The notes below the pieces were generated by a model. It worked only from the letters and a program-made list of their open reading frames with translations. It was not told where the DNA came from and made no database searches. A DNA stretch of 32,090 nucleotides from Candidatus Eiseniibacteriota bacterium (GTDB taxonomy: Bacteria > Eisenbacteria > RBG-16-71-46), in NCBI GenBank assembly GCA_040081365.1, contig JBEBGT010000002.1, forward strand, positions 1 through 32,090, read 5' to 3'. This document shows positions 21,918 to 30,220 of the stretch, one piece after another (positions within the stretch are counted from its first letter, which is position 1; each line of letters begins with the position of its first letter). The position numbers and the translations under genes were made by a program.

Positions 21918-23615
21918 TCAGGCGCGCGTGCGGGTGACGAGGGCCGCGAGCGCGCGGCGGAGCCTCGGGTGCGCGTCGAACTGGCGCGCGAATGCGTCCT
22001 CGCGCCGGCCGCCCTTGGCGCGGATCACGCCCGCGAGCGCCTGGCGGTCCGCCTTGCTCCAGCGTGCGAGGCCGGGCAACAGGACCACGAGCGGCGCCCA
22101 ACGCTGCCACGCCGTGCGCTCCTCGGCGCTCCATCCGGCCAGCGTCACCCCGAGCCGGGCACGCGCCTCGCGTTCGCAGACCGCTCCGGCACGGGCTCGA
22201 TCGCCGGCGAAGCGCTCGGTGATCATGTGCGTCACCGCGATGCCGGCCGAGGGCAGCGCGAGTTCGCCGATCACGTCGTCGCGCTCCGTGCCGGTCATGC
22301 TCCAGTACAGGTTCGTGCGCGCCAGGCGGCGCAGGGTGGCGGGGCCGGTGCGATAGCCCGGCGTGCGCTGCATGCGCGCGAGCTCGCGCTGCATGAGCGC
22401 ACGGGTCGCGCGCGCGCGTGGCCGGAAGCCGAGCTTCTGGTAGAACCACCACGCGCCGGACTCGATGGCCTCTTCGTTGTGGTCGCCCAGCTGGTAGGGG
22501 TAGATCGTGAACGTGTCCGTGCCGAACAGCGCGCGCGTCATGCCCACGACCTTGCCGTACACCGGGCCGGCCTCGGCGCCGCGGAACGTGTCGAACACGT
22601 TGAACGCGATCTCGGCCGAACCATACAACGCGCTCGTGAGCACATAGCCCACCGGCACGCCGTTCTTGAGCGTGAGGAAGCCGTACACGCTCTCAAGCAG
22701 CAGCCGGCGCTCGGGCCGTGCGCCGATCATGAGGAAGCTCAAGCCATCGCCGCAGTCGACGTGGCGCACATCGCGCGCATCGCCCCACGCGAACACATCG
22801 AGGTCGCGCGTGCGCGTGACCATGGCCTCCATGGTCAGCGTCAGGGCGCGCTCGCCGTCGCGCACCGAGAGCGGCGTGATGCGCCGCGGTGGTGTGGCCG
22901 CAGCCTGCACCAGGTCGGGCCGGCCGCCGAACGCACCGCGCTGGAAGTGCATGACTCGCACCGGCCAGCGCGAGAGCGTGCGCGACGGCGTGGGATCGCC
23001 GCGGCGCGCGGCACCGTCGCCGCGCAGCCGGTAGGGCAGGCCCAGCCCGTCGTGCACGCGTTCGAACACGGCGTCGTCCGGCAGCCGCGCCGAGAGCTGC
23101 CGCGCCACGAACGCGCCGTCGGCTTCGCCGGCGGCCTTGAGCCGGGCCAGCCAGTCACGCAGGCCGTAGTCGTATTCGTCGAGGCCGGGAACCTCGGCGT
23201 CATGCGCCAGTTGCGGCAGCCAGTCCTCGAGCGCCGCCGTGTCGTCGAACGCGGTCCAGTCCAGCTCCAGGCGCTCCGGCCAACGCGCCGCCAGCCGGCG
23301 CGCGGTGGGCGCGAAGAACGCGAACCGGATGTCGGCACCCGCGATGCCCGTGTCGGCGAGACGTACGTGCCGCGAACGCACGTCGGCGCGCTGCGCGAAC
23401 GTGGCCAGTGCCCGCTCGGCCACCGCGAGCGTGGCGCGGTCGTCGGGGTACGCGCGCGCGGCGAGCAGGCATTCGTGCAGGCGCTCGATCAGCGCCACCG
23501 AACCGAGTCGCGCGCGCAGCACGCGCCGGAACGCAGCGCGCCGCTCGCGCGCCGCGGCGGCGCCGAACGTCCAGCGCAGCGCCTCCAGCCGCGCCAGCTC
23601 GCGCGCGGTGTTCAC
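21918..23615 (-). CDS. Hypothetical protein (565 aa) with a GNAT-like segment
   Basis: Long ORF with ordinary amino-acid composition. Its GTG start at 23615 overlaps the upstream stop (GTGA). The segment GVPVGYVLTSALYGSAEIAFNVFDTFRG...EEAIESGAWWFYQKLGFRP resembles the acetyl-CoA-binding end of GNAT folds. I do not firmly recognise a family. Confidence 0.65.
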   Translation of the reverse strand: MNTARELARLEALRWTFGAAAARERRAAFRRVLRARLGSVALIERLHECLLAARAYPDDRATLAVAERALATFAQRADVRSRHVRLADTGIAGADIRFAFFAPTARRLAARWPERLELDWTAFDDTAALEDWLPQLAHDAEVPGLDEYDYGLRDWLARLKAAGEADGAFVARQLSARLPDDAVFERVHDGLGLPYRLRGDGAARRGDPTPSRTLSRWPVRVMHFQRGAFGGRPDLVQAAATPPRRITPLSVRDGERALTLTMEAMVTRTRDLDVFAWGDARDVRHVDCGDGLSFLMIGARPERRLLLESVYGFLTLKNGVPVGYVLTSALYGSAEIAFNVFDTFRGAEAGPVYGKVVGMTRALFGTDTFTIYPYQLGDHNEEAIESGAWWFYQKLGFRPRARATRALMQRELARMQRTPGYRTGPATLRRLARTNLYWSMTGTERDDVIGELALPSAGIAVTHMITERFAGDRARAGAVCEREARARLGVTLAGWSAEERTAWQRWAPLVVLLPGLARWSKADRQALAGVIRAKGGRREDAFARQFDAHPRLRRALAALVTRTRA

Positions 23616-23848
23616 AACACCGCCGGCGCCGCGTTGCCAGTGCTGTCGATCGGCGCTTCGACCGGCACCCAGCCCTCGTCGGGCACCAGCATGTCGGCGT
23701 CGCCCGAGAAGCGGTCCAGGCGCACCAGCACGATGTTGCCGTCCACGGTCATGTGGTCATAGCGCCAGCGCGTGGGCCACACGAACAGCAGAAACGCCAG
23801 CGCCAGCGCCGCGGCCAGCATGGCGAAGAAGGCCCCGAGCTTCAGCAT
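23612..23848 (-). CDS. Small single-pass membrane protein (78 aa)
   Basis: MLKLGAFFAMLAAALALAFLLFVW forms a TM helix. ATG 23848 overlaps the peptidase stop by 1 nt (TGATG). Its own stop overlaps the next gene's GTG. Confidence 0.55.
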   Translation of the reverse strand: MLKLGAFFAMLAAALALAFLLFVWPTRWRYDHMTVDGNIVLVRLDRFSGDADMLVPDEGWVPVEAPIDSTGNAAPAVL

Positions 23849-25824
23849 CACTTCACCCAGCGGTCGAACCACGCGGCTTGGCGCGTGAACCAGTCCGCGC
23901 GGTGCCGGGGTTCGCGCAGGCCGTGGCCCTCGCGCGGGTAGTGCACGAACTGTGTGGGCACGCCCAGCGCTTTCAGCGACTGATACGTCTCCTGCGCCTG
24001 CGGATACGGGATGCGCACGTCGGCTTCACCGTTCAGCACCAGCGTGGGCGTCTTGGCGTGGGCGATGTGCGCGATCGGCGAGCGGGAGCGCCACTGGTCG
24101 AACGACTCCCACGGCTTGCCATTGAACTCGAACGCGCGGTACTGGTGAATATCGCTCTGCGCCCACAACGCGGGCAGGTCGGGCGCCCCGGCCGAGACGA
24201 TGGCGGCGTCGTAGCGCAGCGTCTGCGTGATGGCCCACGCGCTCAGGTAGCCGCCATAGCTGTGCCCGAACACGCCCAGCTTGCCGGCATCCGCGAGCCC
24301 CATGGCGATCAGCGCATCGACGCCGGTCTCCACGTCGCGCCAGTCCTGACCGCCCCAGTCGGCGCGCTTGCGCACCATGAACGCGGTGCCATAGCCACCA
24401 CTGGAACGGAAGTTGGGCAGGAACACCTGATAGCCCTTGGCGGCCATGAACTGCGCCATGACGTTGAGCCCGACGCCGTAGCGCGTCTGGTAGGGCCCGC
24501 CATGCAGCAGCACGAGCGTCTTGAGCGCGCCTTTCTCGGGGGAACCCGCCGGGCGCACGAGCACGCCTTCCACGGTCACGCCGTCGTCACTCTTCCACTG
24601 CACCGTGCGCGTGGGCGCGAACGCGCACGCGGCGATGCTGGCGTTCACCGCCGACACGGCGCGTGGGGATGCGTTCATCGCGTCCGCCACGTTCAGCTCG
24701 CCCGGTTGGTTCCAGCGCGACATCACATACGCCGCGCGGCCGCCGGGGCCCACGATCGGCGCGCCCGCCGCCTCGCCCTGCAGGTCGAGCCCCAGCTGCA
24801 CCGCGCCGCCGGTACGCGCCACGGTGGCCACGCGCACCGAGGCACCCTGCTGGCTGAAGAAGTGGAGCGAGTCCGAGGTGGCGTTCCATGCCGGCGTGTA
24901 CGCGTCCTCGTCGAACGCCTCGGTGAGCGGCCGCGGCGGCCCACCCACGGCGGGCGCGACCCACAGCAGCGCCTTGTCCACGTGCTTCGTGCGATCGCTG
25001 GTGCCCGCCCATGCCAGCCACTTGCCGTCGGGCGACCATGCGTAGCCGTTCTCCGGCAGGGCGCCCACCTTGCGCAGGGTACCGCCGGCGGCCGGCACGA
25101 TGGCGATGTCGGACTCGTTGCCATGGTCCATCGCACCCGTGGGGTTCCACACGAACGCGATGCTCTTGGAGTCCGGTGACCACTTCGGGCTCGCCACCAT
25201 GAACGCGCCCTGCGTGATGCGACGCGGCTGGCCCGACGCCAGGTCGAGCACCCACAGGTGATTGAACTGCGGGATCTCGTCCTCCACCACGTGATCCCAC
25301 TTCTTCTTGCGCCAGTCCTTCGCCTGCTTGCTCAGTGTGTCGAGCAGGGTGAACGCGATGCTCTTGCCGTCGGGCGACCAGCGGAACTCGCCCACGCTCT
25401 CGTTGAGCGTGGTCAACTTCCAGGGCTCGCCGCCTCGGAGCGGCAGCAGGTAGATGCTCGGCTTGCCCTCTTCGCTGTCGCGCGCGGACAGGAACGCCAC
25501 CGTGTCACCGCCCGGCGAGAACTGGGGCGCATAGTCGTTCTTCGCATGGCGGGTCAGCGCGCGGGACGTGTTGCTGGCCGCATCCCACAGCCAGATGTCC
25601 TGGTTCGTCGTGTTCTCCGCCGTGTCGGGCGCTTGCACGGTGAACGCGATGCGCTTGCCGTCGCGTGACCACACCGGGGCCTGCACCTGGCGCAGCGTGA
25701 GCGCGTGCTCCAGCCCGAACGCCGGCCTGGCGGCCGGCTTGGGCGCGGTCTCGGCCGCGAAGCTGGGGAGGGCGACGAACCACAAGGCGGCGAACACGGC
25801 GGACCAGCGCGAACGAGCGTGCAT
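23848..25824 (-). CDS. S9 family serine peptidase (prolyl oligopeptidase / acylaminoacyl-peptidase type) with an N-terminal beta-propeller
   Basis: Signal peptide: SAVFAALWFVALPSFAAE. TolB/DPP-IV-like propeller repeats are present (WSPDGKxIAF). The catalytic Ser motif is GHSYGGY, with downstream GEADVRIP (Asp) and REGHGL (His). Confidence 0.92.
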   Translation of the reverse strand: MHARSRWSAVFAALWFVALPSFAAETAPKPAARPAFGLEHALTLRQVQAPVWSRDGKRIAFTVQAPDTAENTTNQDIWLWDAASNTSRALTRHAKNDYAPQFSPGGDTVAFLSARDSEEGKPSIYLLPLRGGEPWKLTTLNESVGEFRWSPDGKSIAFTLLDTLSKQAKDWRKKKWDHVVEDEIPQFNHLWVLDLASGQPRRITQGAFMVASPKWSPDSKSIAFVWNPTGAMDHGNESDIAIVPAAGGTLRKVGALPENGYAWSPDGKWLAWAGTSDRTKHVDKALLWVAPAVGGPPRPLTEAFDEDAYTPAWNATSDSLHFFSQQGASVRVATVARTGGAVQLGLDLQGEAAGAPIVGPGGRAAYVMSRWNQPGELNVADAMNASPRAVSAVNASIAACAFAPTRTVQWKSDDGVTVEGVLVRPAGSPEKGALKTLVLLHGGPYQTRYGVGLNVMAQFMAAKGYQVFLPNFRSSGGYGTAFMVRKRADWGGQDWRDVETGVDALIAMGLADAGKLGVFGHSYGGYLSAWAITQTLRYDAAIVSAGAPDLPALWAQSDIHQYRAFEFNGKPWESFDQWRSRSPIAHIAHAKTPTLVLNGEADVRIPYPQAQETYQSLKALGVPTQFVHYPREGHGLREPRHRADWFTRQAAWFDRWVK

Positions 25825-25927
25825 GGGGGGCTCCGGGCGACACGGGACACACGGGACCGAATGGGCGGACCAGCATCGAACCGGGGCAGGGTAGCAGATG
25901 GCCCGGCGTGCCCGTGCATCGCGCCGG

Positions 25928-25951
25928 CCCGCGCCGCCCGGGCGGCGCGGG
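25928..25951. other. 24-nt perfect GC palindrome in the intergenic region
   Basis: cccgcgccgcccgggcggcgcggg equals its own reverse complement. It lies between the stop of the CDS at 25978-26346 and the start of the peptidase gene. No U-tract is present. Confidence 0.3.
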
Positions 25952-25977
25952 GCCGCCCGGGAAGCGCGAGCGTGGCG

Positions 25978-26346
25978 TCAGCGGCCCTCGCCGCTCGTCC
26001 CGGTCTTGCGGACGACGCGGTGCGCCACCGGGTGACCGGCTTCGTCGCGCCAGTACACGGTCACGCGGGCGTCCTTCTCGATCTCGCCCGTGGACCGCAG
26101 GCTGGCCGCGCGGGCGAACACCATCTGCTTCGGCGTCTTGCCCGCCTTCTCCACCGTGATCGACGAGCCGTCGATCGCGACCACCGTGCCGGTGAACTGG
26201 CGGTAGCCGGCGGCCTTGCTCGGCGCGGACGTCGCGGCGTGCGGCGTGCGCTTGGGCGCGGCCTCGGCGTTCGTGACCCCACCGGCGAGCGGGCCCACGA
26301 GCAGCGCGGCCAGTGCCAGCGGCGCGAACATGCGTGCGTGCTTCAT
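25978..26346 (-). CDS. Small secreted protein (122 aa), unknown function
   Basis: ATG 26346 is preceded by GGAGGTGAT (a strong Shine-Dalgarno sequence). Signal peptide: MKHARMFAPLALAALLVGPLAGGVTNAEA. The mature part is beta-rich (FTGTVVAIDGSSITVEKAGK...RVTVYWRDEAG). Confidence 0.65.
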   Translation of the reverse strand: MKHARMFAPLALAALLVGPLAGGVTNAEAAPKRTPHAATSAPSKAAGYRQFTGTVVAIDGSSITVEKAGKTPKQMVFARAASLRSTGEIEKDARVTVYWRDEAGHPVAHRVVRKTGTSGEGR

Positions 26347-26599
26347 GCGTATCACCTCCCCTCGAGTGACACGGGGGTGAGGCGAGCATCCGGCGGGACG
26401 GCCGCACCGGTCAATGAGAAATCGTCGCGACAACCGCGTGAACAGTCGCGCACGCGTCGTCGTCAGTGCGCAGGCTGCACGCACGCAACCGGCTGTGGCC
26501 TCGCGCGTGCACGCGCCGTGAAGCGCGTGGACGGCCGGGCCCGGCGCGCGACCCGCACCGGCGTGCGCGCTTCGTTCACGCCGGGCACGGCGCTCGGGG

Positions 26600-26911
26600 T
26601 CAGCGCGCGCGACGCTTCTGGGGTGAGCGCTCTCGCACGGGCGCGGCCACCGTGCGCTTGCGCTCGGCGGTGTAGGCCCACCACGGCTTCGCGGGTGCGC
26701 CCTCCATGAACCGGATCACGGACAGGAACACGTCGATCACGCACGGGTCGTGGCGCTGTCCCGTCTTCCGGCACAGGCGCTCGTAGAGCCGGTAGGCATC
26801 CTGCCCCACGAGCTCTGCTGGTTGTTCGAACCCGAGCAGGCGAAGATCCCCCGCCGTCGCAGGACCGACGTTGGGGATCTGCTCGAACGTCGTGTAGTCC
26901 GCGCGCTTCAT
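26600..26911 (-). CDS. Helix-hairpin-helix domain protein (Cdd1 / TfoX-C-like)
   Basis: FEQIPNVGPATAGDLRLLGF is an HhH motif, followed by the conserved-looking DPCVIDVFLSVIRFMEG. ATG 26911 overlaps the HDAC stop (ATGA). Confidence 0.7.
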   Translation of the reverse strand: MKRADYTTFEQIPNVGPATAGDLRLLGFEQPAELVGQDAYRLYERLCRKTGQRHDPCVIDVFLSVIRFMEGAPAKPWWAYTAERKRTVAAPVRERSPQKRRAR

Positions 26912-27867
26912 GGGGTGATCCCTCCCGAGGGCAGTAAGGTCGCGGCGGGCCGCCGCTCCCGGGCGGCACGCATCGCACGCCACACGTTGACGTGCGCTTC
27001 GACCGTGCTCTCGATGGGCTGGCCGTAGCCGCCGCCGAGCGTCACGCACACGGGCAAGCCGCGTTCCTCCAACCATGCGAACACGCGACGGTCGCGCTCG
27101 GCGAGCCCCGCGTGCGTCATGCGCAACCGGCCCAGCCGGTCGGTGTGCAGTGCGTCGACGCCCGCCTGATAGTACACGACGTCGGGTGCATGGGCCGTGA
27201 GCGCGGCAGGAACGTGCGCGTCGAGCGCGGCCAGCAGCTCATCGTCGCCCACGCCATCACCCAGCTCCACGTCAAGCGTGCTGATCTCCTTGCGCATCGG
27301 GTAGTTGTGCCGGGCATGCAGCGAGAACGTGAACACGCTCGCATCGTGCGCGAAGCACGCGGCCGTGCCATTGCCCTGATGCACATCCAGGTCGAGCACG
27401 AATGGCCGCGCCGCGAGCCCGTCGCGGCGCAGCAGCGCCACACTCACCGCCACGTCATTGAACAGGCAGTACGCCTCGCCGCGATCGGGGAACGCGTGGT
27501 GCGTGCCGCCCGCCAGGTTACCCGCCACGCCGTGCACCAACGCGGCGCGCGCGGCCTCGACCGTGCCGTAGAGCGCGGCGCGGGCGCGTGCCACCAGCGC
27601 GTCGGACCATGGCAATCCCAGCTTCCGTACCTCGGTGTCACTCCACGTACCCGCCAACGTGCGCGTCACGTAGTCGTCCGCGTGTGCCGCACGCAACCAC
27701 GACTCCGGTGCGACCTCCGACCGCGTGAGCCACTCCGGTGCGAGCACACCCTCGGCCAGCAGCCGTTCACGCACCAGCGTGTACTTGGCCAGTGGGAACG
27801 GGTGCGCGGCCGGCAGCGGGAACGCATGGTGATCGCTCGCCCATGCCAGCAACGGCCGCGCGCTCAC
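26908..27867 (-). CDS. Histone deacetylase-family (class II-like / AcuC-like) Zn-dependent deacetylase
   Basis: GGTHHAFPDRGEAYCLFNDVAV (His-His pair), DLDVHQGNGTA (Zn ligands) and TLGGGYG (catalytic Tyr) are present. GTG 27867 overlaps the photolyase stop (GTGA). The longer track ORF to 28437 is the wrong frame across the photolyase gene. Confidence 0.9.
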   Translation of the reverse strand: MSARPLLAWASDHHAFPLPAAHPFPLAKYTLVRERLLAEGVLAPEWLTRSEVAPESWLRAAHADDYVTRTLAGTWSDTEVRKLGLPWSDALVARARAALYGTVEAARAALVHGVAGNLAGGTHHAFPDRGEAYCLFNDVAVSVALLRRDGLAARPFVLDLDVHQGNGTAACFAHDASVFTFSLHARHNYPMRKEISTLDVELGDGVGDDELLAALDAHVPAALTAHAPDVVYYQAGVDALHTDRLGRLRMTHAGLAERDRRVFAWLEERGLPVCVTLGGGYGQPIESTVEAHVNVWRAMRAARERRPAATLLPSGGITP

Positions 27868-29300
27868 TTGCCCTTCACCTCGCCGTACATGGCCAGCGCC
27901 AGCTCGCGGCGTTCGGAATGGTCGACGATCGGCTGCGGGTAGGTGTCCCCCAGCACGACACCGGCCGCACCCAGGACGAGCGGCGCGGCCTCCCACGGCC
28001 GGTGCACCACGTCGTCCGGCAGGCCGGCGATCTCGGGGCACCATTGCTTCACGTACGTGCCGTGCGGATCGAAGCGCATGCCCTGCGTGACCGGGTTGAA
28101 GATCCGGAAGTACGGCGCGGCGTCGGTGCCCGTGCCCGCGGACCACTGCCAGCCGCCGTTGTTGCTGGCGAGGTCGCCGTCGACCAGGTGGTTCATGAAC
28201 CAGCGCTCGCCGCGCCGCCAGTCGAGCAGCAGGTCTTTGGTGAGGAAACTGGCGACGATCATGCGCACGCGGTTGTGCATGAGCCCGGTGGCCAGCAGTT
28301 CTCGCATGCCGGCGTCCACGATCGGGTAGCCCGTGCGGCCCGCGCACCACGCGGCGAACTCGGCGTCGGTGCCGTGCCAGCGCAGCGCGTCGTACTCGCG
28401 TCGGAACGCACCGTGCTCGACGTGCGGGAAGTGCCACAGCACGTGCGCGAAGAAGTCGCGCCAGCGCAGTTCCTGCACGAACTTGGTCGCGGGTTCCAGT
28501 AGCAGCCTATCGGCGGCGGCCACCGCGCGCGTGCCGTGCGCCACGCGCCGGATGCCGATCGTGCCGAACTTGAGATCCGCCGACAGCGCCGACGTGGCGG
28601 GCACGCTGGGGAAGTCGCGATGGGTGGCGTACGCCACCAGGCCCTGCGGCCGGGACGACACCACGCCGAGGAAGTGGCTCAGCCGGTCGTTCGCGTGCGA
28701 CTCACCGGCGGGCCACGGCGCGCTCTTCGGTTCGGTGAACCCCAGCCGTTCGAGTGTGGCCAGCCGCGGCGACGGCAGCTCGTGCGCGGCCAGCTTCTCC
28801 ACGCGCGCGTGCGGCGAGGCCATGGGCAGTTGCTCGCAAGCCTTCTTGAACGGCGTGTACACGGTGTAGGGCGTGCCCGCGCCGCTCTTCACCATGCCGG
28901 GCGGTGTGAGCAGCCGGTCGTGGAAGCGCTTGACGCGCACGCCCGCGGCGACGAGCGCCGCCTCGACGCGCCCATCACGCGCTCGCAGCGCGGGCTCGTA
29001 CTCGTCGTTCCAGTACACGGCGTCGGCGCCGGCCTGCTGCGCCGCGCGCACCACCGTGAGCGCGGGGTCGCCATGCGCGAGCGCCAGCCTTGAGCCGCGC
29101 GCCGCGATGGCCGCCGAGAGTTCCGTGAGCGCACCGAGCACGAAGCGCACGCGGGTGGCCGCCATGTCGGGTCGCGCGAACCACTCCGGGTCGCTGGCGT
29201 AGAACGGCACGACGTCGTGCTGCGCGTCGTGCGCGGCTTCCGAGAGCGCGGGGTTGTCGTCGAGCCGGAGGTCCTTCCGGAACCAGTGCAGGATGCGCAT
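27864..29300 (-). CDS. phrB: Deoxyribodipyrimidine photolyase (cryptochrome/photolyase family, class I-like)
   Basis: The N-terminus MRILHWFRKDLRLDDNPAL is typical of the family. The FAD-binding region is TGYPIVDAGMRELLATGLMHNRVRMIVASFLTKDLLLDWRRGERWFMNHLVDGDLASNNGGWQWSAGTGTDAAPYFRIFNP. Confidence 0.95.
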   Translation of the reverse strand: MRILHWFRKDLRLDDNPALSEAAHDAQHDVVPFYASDPEWFARPDMAATRVRFVLGALTELSAAIAARGSRLALAHGDPALTVVRAAQQAGADAVYWNDEYEPALRARDGRVEAALVAAGVRVKRFHDRLLTPPGMVKSGAGTPYTVYTPFKKACEQLPMASPHARVEKLAAHELPSPRLATLERLGFTEPKSAPWPAGESHANDRLSHFLGVVSSRPQGLVAYATHRDFPSVPATSALSADLKFGTIGIRRVAHGTRAVAAADRLLLEPATKFVQELRWRDFFAHVLWHFPHVEHGAFRREYDALRWHGTDAEFAAWCAGRTGYPIVDAGMRELLATGLMHNRVRMIVASFLTKDLLLDWRRGERWFMNHLVDGDLASNNGGWQWSAGTGTDAAPYFRIFNPVTQGMRFDPHGTYVKQWCPEIAGLPDDVVHRPWEAAPLVLGAAGVVLGDTYPQPIVDHSERRELALAMYGEVKGK

Positions 29301-29309
29301 GGGCCGAGT

Positions 29310-29708
29310 CTACGGGAACCGGATGAGCGCCGTGGGTGCCGGGCCAGCGGGCAAGCGCTGACCGCACTGCTCGGGGCTCAGGCAGTCGCAGCCCAGCGAG
29401 GACTCGAGCAGCTCATGCATGGCCCGGAAGCGGTCGATGGCCTGCTCGAGCTCGGTGAGCTTGCGCGCGGCGAGCGTGCGCATGCGCTTCGAGTACGGCC
29501 GGCCCGAGAACAACTGGCGGATCTCCGCGAGCGAGAATCCACAGCCGCGCGCGAACGTGATCACGCGCAATCGCGCCAGCACCGATTCCGGGTAACGACG
29601 GCGGCCGCTCACGCGTTCGGGTGCGGTGAGCAGTCCGATGCGTTCGTAGTAGCGCAGGGCCGAGCTCTCGAGCCCGGCACGCCGGGCGACTTCGCCGATG
29701 GTGAGCAT
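29310..29708 (-). CDS. MerR-family transcriptional regulator, SoxR-like, with three of the four cluster cysteines
   Basis: The HTH region IGEVARRAGLESSALRYYERIGLL...SGRRRY resembles SoxR ([23 protein letters not shown]...GNQRRY). The C-terminal motif SLGCDCLSPEQC (nt 29364-29399) aligns with SoxR CIGCGCLSRSDC. The start is ATG 29708. Confidence 0.88.
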   Translation of the reverse strand: MLTIGEVARRAGLESSALRYYERIGLLTAPERVSGRRRYPESVLARLRVITFARGCGFSLAEIRQLFSGRPYSKRMRTLAARKLTELEQAIDRFRAMHELLESSLGCDCLSPEQCGQRLPAGPAPTALIRFP

Positions 29709-29722
29709 GGCCCCAGCATGCC

Positions 29723-29753
29723 TTGACTTGAAGTGCGCTTCAACTCGTAGCGT
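29723..29753 (+). promoter_or_regulatory. MerR-type promoter/operator: -35 TTGACT, 19-nt spacer containing the dyad TTGAAG-N4-CTTCAA, -10 TAGCGT
   Basis: TTGACT is at 29723-29728 and TAGCGT at 29748-29753, with a 19-nt spacer at 29729-47. The perfect 6-bp inverted repeat is TTGAAG (29728-33) and CTTCAA (29738-43). The element lies 15 nt from the MerR-like gene's start codon and faces the divergent gene at 29861. Confidence 0.6.
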
Positions 29754-29860
29754 CCGTGTCGATGGTGGCCGGGACCACACGCGCCGCCGTTCCATGAACC
29801 GGTCTGCCGCGCGGGCGCGCGAGCGGTGCGGTCGTGGCCCTCTCGGGATTCGGAGAACCC

Positions 29861-30220
29861 ATGCGCCACGGGTGGCTGGCCTTGCTCCTCACGTTCATGC
29901 CCATGCTGGCCGTTGCCGGCGAGACGCCGTACGCCTGCAACATGCGGGCGCTCGGCAAGGCGGAGCGCGCCCGGCACGAGGCGCTCTCGAAGCAATTGTT
30001 CGCCCGCGTGGCCGAGCAGCGCGAGCTTGCCGACGGCTATGCGCTCCGGCTGCCGCACGACCGCCTGGTGCCGGCGGCGCAGTGGGCCGAGCTCGAACGC
30101 AAGTGCTGCCCGTTCCTCACGTTCACGATCGAGAGCGAACGCGATGGCGGCGCGGTGTGGCTGCGCATCACCGCGGCACCGGATGCCAAGGCGTTCATGA
30201 AGGAAGAGCTGGGGCTATGA
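29861..30220 (+). CDS. Small secreted Cys-containing protein (119 aa), unknown function
   Basis: ATG 29861 opens MRHGWLALLLTFMPMLAVAGE, a signal peptide. Conserved-looking Cys are at YACNM and KCCPF. The gene is divergent from the SoxR-like regulator and downstream of the MerR-type promoter. Confidence 0.6.
   Translation: MRHGWLALLLTFMPMLAVAGETPYACNMRALGKAERARHEALSKQLFARVAEQRELADGYALRLPHDRLVPAAQWAELERKCCPFLTFTIESERDGGAVWLRITAAPDAKAFMKEELGL

Noticed and set aside
27868-28437. N-terminal 190 aa of the track ORF 26908-28437(-), which would make a 509 aa HDAC
   Set aside because: This is an out-of-frame read across the photolyase gene. HDAC homology begins right after GTG 27867, which overlaps the photolyase stop.
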